A stretch of DNA of 64,000 nucleotides from Candidatus Acidiferrales bacterium. GTDB lineage: Bacteria; Chloroflexota; Dormibacteria; Dormibacterales; Dormibacteraceae. Made by a program: the position numbers and the translations under genes. Location: positions 1,886 through 65,885 of the forward strand of contig DATKQJ010000027.1 in NCBI GenBank assembly GCA_035532785.1. The letters are read 5' to 3'. This document shows positions 27,398 to 36,019 of the stretch, in pieces. How positions within the stretch are numbered: the stretch's first letter is position 1; every line of letters starts with the position of its first letter. Below the pieces are notes generated by a model. It was not told the origin of the DNA and made no database searches. It was given only the letters and a program-made list of their open reading frames with translations.

Positions 27398-28492
27398 CTA
27401 GCCCCCCACACTGTTGGCGAGCTTGAGGGCGTCTGGGTAGAGCGATAGGTCCGTGATCTGCTTGTAGGTCGGAGAGGCACCCTTGATGGCTCCAATTTGC
27501 TTCAGCAGACTGACCGTGCCCATGACCTGCGACTCCTCCAAGCCAGAACTGGCCTGACCCCAATAATCGATCTTCTGGAATCCCTGGATGGCCAGCTTGT
27601 CGGCCTTGAGGGGATCGCCCGTGGCTGCCGATGCGATCCGGGCGAACTCGTCCACGTTTTTGGACGACTGCATGAAGCGCATGGAGAGGATCCAGGCCGC
27701 CAGGAAGTGAACCATGGCGGTGCGATGTTGGCTGATGGTGCTCTTCGACGAAACCAACATTCCGTAGTGCTCGGCGCGTTCCAGTGAGGGCGGCGTGGGC
27801 AGCTTGGTCCAGGTCTTGCCGGTGTTGTTTTCGACCGAAGCCAGTTCGTTGATGTGGAACACTCCGGTGGTGACCTGACCGGCGATTGCCGCCTGGATCA
27901 GGGCCGCGTTCTGGCTCGATATCACGTGGATGTCCGAAAAGCTGAGGTTGCAAGTGGCGAGGTAGGACTTGAGGTAGAGGTAACGAGCGTTGTTGATGTT
28001 GTCCTGTGCGATGGTCTTGCCCTTCAGATCAGAGCACGACTTGACACCGGGCACGTTCGAGGCGATGAAGAAGTCCTGATTGTTGAGGCCCGTAATCGCG
28101 GACACAGGCGCGCCTCCGGCGACGGCTTCGATCACCGACTGCGAGGAGGTTGCTCCGACCCAGTCGGTCCCATTGATGACGTTGGCGGTGACCTGCGTAC
28201 CGTTTTGGAAATAGCGCGTCGTGGGGACCACTCCCAGCTTCTTGAAATATCCCTTCGATTCGGCCACGTTGAGGTAGAGGCTGATGAAAATCGGGGGTGG
28301 CCCAATGGCCACCACGGGAATGTCGTAGGTCGTCGCGCTACCCGTTTTAGCGGGTGCGTTCGACCCACCGCAGGCAGCCACGACGAGCGACAGCGCACTC
28401 CCGAACGCGATCAGCGCGATTGCGGCTCGGCCTCGTCGAGACCAACCTGACACTGCCGTCGGCCGGCTCGAACCCGTTGAGATATGTCTCAA
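27398..28492 (-). CDS. ABC transporter substrate-binding lipoprotein (NMT1/SsuA-like)
   Basis: Signal peptide with a lipobox-like ...ALSLVVAACGGS. Size and position between the ATPase and permeases fit an SsuA/NMT1-type SBP. The gene has visibly lower GC than its neighbours. Confidence 0.8.
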   Translation of the reverse strand: MRHISTGSSRPTAVSGWSRRGRAAIALIAFGSALSLVVAACGGSNAPAKTGSATTYDIPVVAIGPPPIFISLYLNVAESKGYFKKLGVVPTTRYFQNGTQVTANVINGTDWVGATSSQSVIEAVAGGAPVSAITGLNNQDFFIASNVPGVKSCSDLKGKTIAQDNINNARYLYLKSYLATCNLSFSDIHVISSQNAALIQAAIAGQVTTGVFHINELASVENNTGKTWTKLPTPPSLERAEHYGMLVSSKSTISQHRTAMVHFLAAWILSMRFMQSSKNVDEFARIASAATGDPLKADKLAIQGFQKIDYWGQASSGLEESQVMGTVSLLKQIGAIKGASPTYKQITDLSLYPDALKLANSVGG

Positions 28493-29343
28493 TCTGTCCC
28501 TCCCGATCCTTCGAATAACGCCCGCCAGACCTGATTCCTGAGCTGGACAAAGGCGTCGCTGCCGATGATTGCCCGGTCTCGCGGGCGGGCCAGGTCGACC
28601 TCAAAGACTTCCTTCACGTGAGATGGTCGGCCAGCCAAAATGACAACCCGATCTCCCATCAACACGGCCTCGTCGATGGCGTGGGTGACGAAGAGCATGG
28701 CCGTGGGTTTGGCATCCCAGATGCGCAGGAGCTCGAACTGCAGCAGTTCACGAGTCTGGGCGTCGATGGCACTGAAGGGCTCGTCCATCAGCAGCAGCCT
28801 CGGCTCCATGACCAGGGCACGGGCCAGTCCGGCGCGCTGCTGCATCCCGCCTGAAAGCTGATGGGGGTAGGACTTCTCAAAGCCCGCCAGGCCAACCAGT
28901 TTCAACGCCTCGGTAACGCGACGCTCCGTCTCCGCCTTGGGAAAACGAGCCAGCTTCAGGCCATAGGCGATGTTGTTCCACAGGTTTTTCCAGGGAAAGA
29001 GGCCGAAGTGCTGGAAGACCATGCAGACGCCGGGCAGGCTCTTGCGCACCTTTTCCCCGTCGATTTCGATCGAACCCGAGGTGAGAGATCCAAGGCCGGC
29101 GGCGGCCCGTAACAGGGTCGTCTTACCGCATCCAGAAGGACCGACAATGCTCACTATCTCGCGCCGTCCAACCGTGAGGCTGACGTCGCGCAAAACCTCC
29201 AGCTGGCCGAAGCTGACACAGGCTCCTCGGATAACCATGCGGGAAGCTTCCCGATCGGTCACCGCCCGCTGGTTTTCATCCGCCGGCACAGATGGCACCG
29301 TGAACTCGAGAGGGGCGCCGACATTTTCGGGAAAATCTTCCAA
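28489..29343 (-). CDS. ABC transporter ATP-binding protein (NitT/TauT-type)
   Basis: Walker A GPSGCGKTTLLR, signature LSGGMQQR, Walker B LLLMDEPFSAID. It has a 4-nt overlap with the SBP gene. Start is uncertain (TTG 29343 or ATG 29238). Confidence 0.9.
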   Translation of the reverse strand: MEDFPENVGAPLEFTVPSVPADENQRAVTDREASRMVIRGACVSFGQLEVLRDVSLTVGRREIVSIVGPSGCGKTTLLRAAAGLGSLTSGSIEIDGEKVRKSLPGVCMVFQHFGLFPWKNLWNNIAYGLKLARFPKAETERRVTEALKLVGLAGFEKSYPHQLSGGMQQRAGLARALVMEPRLLLMDEPFSAIDAQTRELLQFELLRIWDAKPTAMLFVTHAIDEAVLMGDRVVILAGRPSHVKEVFEVDLARPRDRAIIGSDAFVQLRNQVWRALFEGSGGTD

Positions 29344-29826
29344 GCGGTCAATCTGCTCCCTTCAGTTGCCTCGGCTCATCGCCGACGAGGGGGCCACGGC
29401 CAGGGCGCCATCGGCACCCAAGTGAAGAGCACCTTGCGGGGCCATTCCCCTGTCGCTGGGATAGTAGCGCACCATTCCGAATTCGGGAAGGGCTATCACC
29501 CTTGCATCCACGTACCGCCGCCAGATTTGATCCGGAGCCGCCCCTGAGGACTGATCGCGGGCTGAGGCGGCCATGGCCTCAACGTCGAGGGCGGTGGCGA
29601 GTCAACCGACGCTGAGTTCCGTCGGGCCCCGCCCACCCCGCTGGATGGGCGCTATTCTTCTCGTGCGTTGGGTTCGGAGCCGTCCACTCGGGCCGCTCGG
29701 ACGCCCGGGCGGGGCGGGGTTGCCTCGACTGGGGGCGGGCTTTGCCAGGGGCCAAGGCGTCCCCCTCGACGAGTTTGAGGTCGGCTATTCGCATCATGGC
29801 TCGGCTAATCCCGGGGAGGTTTGACA

Positions 29827-30126
29827 GTGGCAGGTCCTCAGCTTCACGTAATCACCCATGTTGACGTCGTACCCCCTCGAGCCGAGGAGGGAACCGTGCT
29901 CATCCGGCGGTACTTCGTCGCCCTCCGGAACAGCCCCGGGCTGGTTCGCTCTCATCTCTTACAGCAGGTGGTCAAGAAGAATCACTTTGAATTCATCACC
30001 GTCTGGGAATCCAACGAATGCTATGAACAGCACTTAATGGCGGCGCCGACGCTGGAGTTCCGCCGATTGCTCTATCCAATGATCGGGTCGCCGATCGACG
30101 ACCGTCTGCACCACCAACTGGACTGA
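29827..30126 (+). CDS. antibiotic biosynthesis monooxygenase (ABM) domain protein
   Basis: LHVITHVDVVPPRAEEG...LLQQVVKKNHFEFITVWESNECYEQHLMAAPTLEFR is a ferredoxin-like ABM pattern. GTG at 29827 lies 7 nt after GGGGAGG; the track start TTG 29821 is too close to the RBS. Confidence 0.75.
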   Translation: MAGPQLHVITHVDVVPPRAEEGTVLIRRYFVALRNSPGLVRSHLLQQVVKKNHFEFITVWESNECYEQHLMAAPTLEFRRLLYPMIGSPIDDRLHHQLD

Positions 30127-30179
30127 AGCCGGCCAGACGCCTGGGTTACCAGGTTAGCCCCGACCATTGCCCGAGGTCG

Positions 30180-32882
30180 TCAGCCCGTGTTTTGGAGACC
30201 CGCGGCAACCCCGTTGACCGTGAGGAGGACCAGATGCTCCAGGCGGGTGGTGTCCGCACCGGCGGATCTGCGGCTCCTGAGCTCCCGCAAAAAGCGGATT
30301 TGAAGCAGGGAGAGGGCATCGACATAGGGGTTGCGCAGGTCGACCGCCTGGCGCAGCACCGGGTGCTGCTCCAGCAGCCGCCCACTTCCCAGAACCTCGA
30401 GTAGCAGGCGCCGTGTGCGGCTGTATTCAAGTCGGACCATCGCCACCAGGTCGGGGCGCCCGCCCAACGACAGGTAGAGCCCAGCGATCATGGGATCCGA
30501 TTTGGCCAGGCTCATCTCGGCGTTGCCCAGGAGCGAGGCGAAAAACGGCCAATCGGACCTCATCTCGTTCAGCCGCGTGCGTCCATAGGCCGAGGCCACA
30601 GCCTCCATTCCGGCCCCCAGGCCGTACCAACCGGGCAGGTTGCAGCGATTTTGGGCCCACGCGAAGCCCCAAGGAATCGCGCGCAGATCGGCCAGATCTT
30701 GGCCCCCCGGGCGCCGGACGGGCCGGGACCCTATCGGCAGAGACGCGATCTCCTCGAGCGGGCTGACCAGTTCGAAGAAGCTGGCGAATCCCTCCGACCC
30801 GACCAGGGCATGGTAGGCGCGGGCGGAGGCGGCGCACATGAGCTGAGCCTCGGCCTCGAACCGGCGCTCGGCTGTGACCAGGGAGGCCGCCGTTCCCGGA
30901 GTCGACGCCTCGAGCACGGCGCTGGTGACCTGCTCCAGGTGGCGCAGTCCGATCGAGGCGTCGGCGTAGCGGGAGAAAATCACCTCGCCTTGCTCGGTCA
31001 CCTTGAAACGCCCGTTCACCGATCCTGCCGCCTGGCTACGAATGCCGCGTCCGGCCGGACCCCCGCCCCGACCCACCGCGCCACCGCGGCCATGGAAGAG
31101 GGTGAGGGCGATGTCGTGGTCCAGAGCCCAGGCGGAAAGGGCGGCCTGGGCTCTGTTGAGCGCAACGTTGGCGGCCAGGAAACCGGCGTCCTTGGTCGCA
31201 TCCGAATATCCCAGCATCACCTCCAAGCACCTGCCGCCTGCGTCCAGCCAGGCGCGCCAACCTGGGAGTTGGAGCAGTTCATCCAGAACCGCAGGAGCAC
31301 GCTCCAGATCCTCAGCCGTCTCAAATAGAGGGACGACATCCAGTTCCATGCGTCGATCGCCGCAGGCTAGGCGGGCCAGGGCGCGGACAGCCACGATGTC
31401 GGCGGCGCCGATTGTGAAACTGACCACGTAGCGGCGGCAGGATTCGGTTCCGTACCGGCTCTGCAGTTCCGCCACCGTGCGTAAGGTGTCGAGCAGTTCG
31501 AGGGTTGGTCCGGAGAGCTCCGACGGGACGGCCGCTCCACCTTCGCGGGCGATCGCATCAAGCCCTTGGGCGTCCGCGGGCAGACCCAGCTCAGCCAACG
31601 CGGCGCGGTGGACCGAGGAGTGTTGCCGAACCTCCAGGGAGGCGAGGTGAAATCCAAAACTCTCGGCCTGCCAGACCAGGTGCTGCAATTCGCCATAGGC
31701 AAGCCGCGAGGCGCCCGCATCCGCCAGCGATTCCTGCAGGAGTACCAGATCTCCCAGGAATTCCTGGGCACCCGCATAGCTTCCAGGGCCGCGAAGCCGG
31801 GTCGCCGACAGCCGCTCCGAGACGAGAAGAAGGAACTCGCGATGCGGCTCTCCGGGTGCCCGCTGCTGGATTTGGGCCGCGGCCGACCCAACCCGGGCCG
31901 CCGCTTGGCTGAGGCCCGCCAGCAGGCCCGCACTGGGTGGGGTTGTTTCTTGGCTCGCCGTCAGCGAGCGGCCGATGCGTCGAGAAGCCGCTTCCAGCGC
32001 CAGCAGGACGTGCTGAAAATTGATCTCCGCGACCTGGCCGGTGACCTCATGATCTACGAAGGGGTTGCCGTCCCGGTCGGCACCCACCCAGCTAGCCCAG
32101 CGCAGAAATGGCCGCCAAGCAGGGGCCTGGGTTCCGTTCTCGTCGTCCCCCGCCAGCGATCGCTCCAGCTCTCGACAAAAGCACGGCACCAGGCGAAAGA
32201 GGGATTCGTCGAAGATGGCCGCTACTGCCAGCGCCTCGTCGATCGGAGTCGGACGCTGGCGCCGGATCTGAGCGGTGCGCCAAAGGATCGTCACCTGTTC
32301 ACGCAGCCGGAGCGCGGCGGAGCGCTCTTCCCCTGTTCCCGAACGAGGGTCGGCCAGCGCGTCGAGGCTGACGCTAATGCCTCGCAACGCTTCCACCACC
32401 GCCCGACGTCGTGCCTCGGTCGGATGCGCGGTCAGCACCAGCGTGATCTGAAGCCGGGCCAGCAGGGTTTCCAATGGCTCCGGGCCCGGCTCCGCTCTCA
32501 GCTTCGCCACCGTCGCTGCGAGCGACTCGCGTACCGGCCCACCCTCTCGACTCTGCCGACGCAGCATCCGAACCCGCTGCCGTTCTTCGGCCAGGTTCAC
32601 CAGCTGAAAGTAAAGGGTGAAGGCTCGCGCGACTTCTTCCGCCCGTTCCGGCGCCAACCCCTCGACCAGTTTCACCACCTCGCGAAGGCCATCCTCCGCG
32701 GCCGCCCCGCGGCGCCCGCGGAGGTCGATGGTTGCCCGCCTCAGCCGCTCAACATCCTCCAGCAGGCTCCGGCCGTGGGCCTCAACCAGGACCTCGCCGA
32801 GGACGCTGGCCAGCATCCTGACCTCGGCGCGCAGGGGCGCCGAGAGCTCGCGCAGGGTTGGAGATGAACGATCGCTGGGCAC
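30180..32882 (-). CDS. ppc: phosphoenolpyruvate carboxylase
   Basis: 900-aa ORF with VLTAHPTEARRR, GYSDATKDAGFLAAN, FHGRGGAVGRGGGP and the C-terminal ...NGVAAGLQNTG characteristic of PEPC. Confidence 0.95.
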   Translation of the reverse strand: MPSDRSSPTLRELSAPLRAEVRMLASVLGEVLVEAHGRSLLEDVERLRRATIDLRGRRGAAAEDGLREVVKLVEGLAPERAEEVARAFTLYFQLVNLAEERQRVRMLRRQSREGGPVRESLAATVAKLRAEPGPEPLETLLARLQITLVLTAHPTEARRRAVVEALRGISVSLDALADPRSGTGEERSAALRLREQVTILWRTAQIRRQRPTPIDEALAVAAIFDESLFRLVPCFCRELERSLAGDDENGTQAPAWRPFLRWASWVGADRDGNPFVDHEVTGQVAEINFQHVLLALEAASRRIGRSLTASQETTPPSAGLLAGLSQAAARVGSAAAQIQQRAPGEPHREFLLLVSERLSATRLRGPGSYAGAQEFLGDLVLLQESLADAGASRLAYGELQHLVWQAESFGFHLASLEVRQHSSVHRAALAELGLPADAQGLDAIAREGGAAVPSELSGPTLELLDTLRTVAELQSRYGTESCRRYVVSFTIGAADIVAVRALARLACGDRRMELDVVPLFETAEDLERAPAVLDELLQLPGWRAWLDAGGRCLEVMLGYSDATKDAGFLAANVALNRAQAALSAWALDHDIALTLFHGRGGAVGRGGGPAGRGIRSQAAGSVNGRFKVTEQGEVIFSRYADASIGLRHLEQVTSAVLEASTPGTAASLVTAERRFEAEAQLMCAASARAYHALVGSEGFASFFELVSPLEEIASLPIGSRPVRRPGGQDLADLRAIPWGFAWAQNRCNLPGWYGLGAGMEAVASAYGRTRLNEMRSDWPFFASLLGNAEMSLAKSDPMIAGLYLSLGGRPDLVAMVRLEYSRTRRLLLEVLGSGRLLEQHPVLRQAVDLRNPYVDALSLLQIRFLRELRSRRSAGADTTRLEHLVLLTVNGVAAGLQNTG

Positions 32883-32947
32883 CTTGAGAAATGCTAGTGG
32901 CGAATTACCATGGATTGCGCATTCGCGCCTCCTGCGGCGGCGGTGCC

Positions 32948-33314
32948 CTAGCAGCCCGTCCGAGTAAGACTTTGCGATAGGGATGGGCCGGGCCTGAGCT
33001 GCAGGCGAGGGCGTGTTATTGCTGTGTATTCGTGTCGCGCGCCGGGTGCGAGGCCGGTTTTCGGGCCTGGGAGTCGGTTGGAGTAGGCAATCTCGGTGCC
33101 GCCGGTCATCTCCAGGCGGCCTGCAGCTTGCAGAGGTTGTGGCCGGTGCAGTGGAGGAGCCATTCCGCCCGGCAGTTCTCCTCGCCTCGCAGTAACAACC
33201 GGACGTTGGTCTTGGTCGTAGGGCAGGTAGGTCTTCTGCATTGCCACATTGCCCCAGCCCTCGCGCGCGCGGGCGCGAACTCCCCGGCCTAGTCTTACTC
33301 GGACGGGCTGCTAG
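32948..33314. mobile_element. MITE-like, internally deleted IS remnant bounded by perfect 24-bp inverted repeats
   Basis: ctagcagcccgtccgagtaagact (32948-32971) is the exact reverse complement of agtcttactcggacgggctgctag (33291-33314). The outermost CTAG on each side could be a 4-bp target duplication. The interior holds a transposase C-terminal remnant. Confidence 0.6.
33106..33288 (-). pseudogene. transposase C-terminal remnant (IS1182/IS5-superfamily-like)
   Basis: The minus-strand frame reads ...TTKTNVRLLLRGEENCRAEWLLHCTGHNLCKLQAAWR*. This matches the conserved C-terminal pattern RF-LRG-xKV-xEW-L-C-xHNL-KL of IS1182-type DDE transposases. No N-terminal or catalytic part is present. Confidence 0.5.
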
Positions 33315-34306
33315 CCCGCGCCGCCCCTGAATGAGGCCGCCACCAGCAGCCGTGAACTCTCGCCCCGAAAGTCCAAGCAGGCTGTGATCAAGCGCTCGAA
33401 ATCGGTTCCCAGCGCGGGTTGGACCAGCGCCCGCGCCCGGTCTAGCATAGCCGCTTGACGATCCGCTGGTTCGGCTCCTGGCTGGCCGCCGGAGGCGGCA
33501 CCGGCCAAGGGCTCGGTCCGGACCTGTTCCACCTCCCAGCGTTCCCCGAGGCCATCCAGCGTCGCCTCATAGTCGGGCGCCGTTGAGGTCAGGGCCGCCA
33601 GGCCTCGACGGCCTTCGATAGAGATAGGCGTGGTCGTGAGTCCGGTGGCCGCGAAAAGCGCCGATTCGACGCCATTGGAGGCCGCCTTTCCCATCTGAAA
33701 GGCTGCGGTCATGGTCCCTGCCGCCGCCCGAAGTCCGGCGGCCTGCGTCGCCGACAGTCCGACGGCCATCAGCATCGCCGGCGTGTCCAGGCCGAGCATG
33801 CGTCCGGCCGCCACCGCCGCCCCAATGACGCCGCAGGTGCTGGACACCTCCCAGCCCCGGTCGCGGTGACTGGGTCCAAGGCCAATCCCAACCCTGATAC
33901 CGACTTCGGCGCCGATCACTATGGCCGCGACCAGCTCGCCGACGCTGCGATCTCGCCATTCGGCCACCGCCAGGGCGGCGGGCACGACCGAAGCGCCCAC
34001 ACGCATCTGGGAGCGGTCGTGGATGTCGTCCCCACCCCCGCTCGCGGCCGCGATCCCGTTTACTAGTGCAGCCCAAATCGGACTCAGTCGTTCCGGCCGG
34101 CCGAGGATGCCGGCCAGCTCCGGGGTGCCCAGCGCCCGCACCCCCGCCCAGGCGCTCTCGGCAGCCTGTCCGCGGCTGCCCGCCACCGCCAGCGCGACCG
34201 TGTTGATCAACAAACCTCGCCCCGCGGCCATCGCCGACTCGGGGATGTCGATGGGGCTGCTCGCGAAGTGGGCCAGCCCCTGGCTCACCGCGGGTGAACC
34301 CGTCAC
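33311..34306 (-). CDS. MmgE/PrpD family protein, short paralog lacking most of the C-terminal domain
   Basis: GTG at 34306 makes a GTGA overlap with the upstream stop. GRGLLINTVALAVAGSRG...GDDIHDRSQMRVGASVVPAALAVAEW is the N-domain pattern. After GLGERWEVEQV the sequence jumps to tail-like sequence (331 aa versus 452 aa in the neighbour). The TAG stop lies in the CTAG edge of the MITE. Confidence 0.75.
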   Translation of the reverse strand: MTGSPAVSQGLAHFASSPIDIPESAMAAGRGLLINTVALAVAGSRGQAAESAWAGVRALGTPELAGILGRPERLSPIWAALVNGIAAASGGGDDIHDRSQMRVGASVVPAALAVAEWRDRSVGELVAAIVIGAEVGIRVGIGLGPSHRDRGWEVSSTCGVIGAAVAAGRMLGLDTPAMLMAVGLSATQAAGLRAAAGTMTAAFQMGKAASNGVESALFAATGLTTTPISIEGRRGLAALTSTAPDYEATLDGLGERWEVEQVRTEPLAGAASGGQPGAEPADRQAAMLDRARALVQPALGTDFERLITACLDFRGESSRLLVAASFRGGAG

Positions 34307-35661
34307 GTAGGCTCCGGCGCAGGGGCCGGGACGATGGCCGACACGAGATCGTGCAGATCGCCGGCCTGCTCGAGAGCGGCTACCGAGGCGGCGATCCGCC
34401 CGGCCGCGCCGGGGAGTGCCACCCGGCACAGATCATCCAACTTGCTGAAGAGCTCGGCATCGCTGAGTGGCCTGGCCAGGCCGCCCTTGGCGTTGACGAC
34501 GTGGGCTCGGAGACGGGATCCATCCTCCATGACGACCTCGAGGGCCGCCTCTTCTCGACCGAATTCCGGCTTGGGTCGCAATTCGATCCGGGCTCTCACG
34601 CGGCGGACGTCCTCCGATCGCACGCGCTCATCTGAATACTGGGACAGACCGGCGCTGCCATCCACCAGTCCAACGGCGACGCCATGCTGGGCCGAAAAGC
34701 GGGCTTCGAGCTCTCCCGAGGGGTCGGGCCGGTCCACCAGTTCCAGGAGGATGGGGTGGCAATCATAGAGAACCTGGGTCACCCTGGACGGATCCGAAAG
34801 CGATCCCGAGAGTTCTATCGCGGCGTCGATGCCAGGGTGGCAGACAACGCCGCACGGATAGGGCTTGTAGGTGTTCTGCAGCAGCTCCCATTCCCGGCCC
34901 AGCCCGGCGACCAAACGGTCGGGACTGTTTTCACGTGCCAGCACGGCGCAGAACCCGACCGGATCCTCGAACAGACCCCGGGGGGCGGTGAATCCGCTCG
35001 CGGCGAGGGTGGCGGCCAGGATTCCGTTGGCGGCCGACTTGCCGGGATGAAACGCCTTGGTGGGGGTTCCAAAAGCCTCCCGGTGCCCGAGCAGTTGGAC
35101 GGCTCCCAGCCCCATCGCAGAGGCCAATTGGGTTTGGTCCAAGCCGAGCACCAGGCCCGCACCGACCGCGCCGCCTATCGGGCCACAGGTGCTGCTCGGC
35201 TGCCATCCCTCCTCGTGATGGGCCGGGGCTATGGCCATGGCCACTCGAAGCACGGTTTCGCAAGCGAGCGCAAACGCGGTCAGGAATTGACTTCCGGTTG
35301 AGCGCCGCTGCATGGCCATGCCCAGCGTGGCCGCTAGCGCGACCGATCCGGCGTGAACATTGCCCGATGCGAGGTGTGTGTCGTCGAAATCATCGAGGTG
35401 CGCCGCCAAACCCGTGCAAATGGCCGCAAAGTGGAGGTCCGCATTATCGATTCGGCCGGGGATGGGCGCGAATGGCAAGCCGCCAACGCTCTCTGATACG
35501 CGCAGCACCTGGTCCACCGCCGGGTGTCCGCTGGAGCAGACGGCCGTGGCGATGGTGTTCAAGAGCGTGCGCTCGGCCTCGTGGCGCACCGGCGGCGGCA
35601 ATGGTTGGCGGGACAGCTCTTCAACGCCAAGGGCGAACTGGTCAGCCAGTGCCATCGTCAC
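34303..35661 (-). CDS. MmgE/PrpD family protein (2-methylcitrate dehydratase-like), full length
   Basis: 452 aa. HEAERTLLNTIATAVCSSGHP, LDDFDDTHLASGNVHAGSVALAATL and TYKPYPCGVVCHPGIDAA are typical N- and C-domain motifs. Confidence 0.85.
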   Translation of the reverse strand: MTMALADQFALGVEELSRQPLPPPVRHEAERTLLNTIATAVCSSGHPAVDQVLRVSESVGGLPFAPIPGRIDNADLHFAAICTGLAAHLDDFDDTHLASGNVHAGSVALAATLGMAMQRRSTGSQFLTAFALACETVLRVAMAIAPAHHEEGWQPSSTCGPIGGAVGAGLVLGLDQTQLASAMGLGAVQLLGHREAFGTPTKAFHPGKSAANGILAATLAASGFTAPRGLFEDPVGFCAVLARENSPDRLVAGLGREWELLQNTYKPYPCGVVCHPGIDAAIELSGSLSDPSRVTQVLYDCHPILLELVDRPDPSGELEARFSAQHGVAVGLVDGSAGLSQYSDERVRSEDVRRVRARIELRPKPEFGREEAALEVVMEDGSRLRAHVVNAKGGLARPLSDAELFSKLDDLCRVALPGAAGRIAASVAALEQAGDLHDLVSAIVPAPAPEPT

Positions 35662-36019
35662 TCCCGCTCCGATCTGGCCCGGACCGCTGACTCATCAGAA
35701 CCTCGCCTCCATTTCGCGTCCGGCGACTGAATCCATCCGTATCCATGCGGCGCCACGGACCGGCATGCCCACGGTGCCCCCCATCTGGCTTGTGACCAAT
35801 CCTGGATCTTGTGCCCAGGAATATAACTCGGTCGACCCGTGGGGATGCATCGAGGCGACGGCTTCGGCGGCACCTCTCGCTCAGCCATACGCTCTCCGAG
35901 TGACGGCCAGAACCGTGAAACGGCCCCCGCCGCCAGCGCCTAAGAGGGGAGTCTGGACTGCGATCTGGAATGTCCAAACCCGTGGGCTGGCGCTCTACCC
36001 GCTGCCTATCGCGCTCGGC

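Noticed and set aside
29362-29797. Two consecutive minus-strand ORFs (70 and 72 aa) in the 480-bp gap between the ABC ATPase and the ABM gene
   Set aside because: Some stretches look protein-like (DQIWRRYVDARVIALPEFGMVRYYP; MMRIADLKLVEGDALAPG). I recognised no family, and the two ORFs are in different frames, so this may be a degraded gene. The evidence is insufficient to call it.
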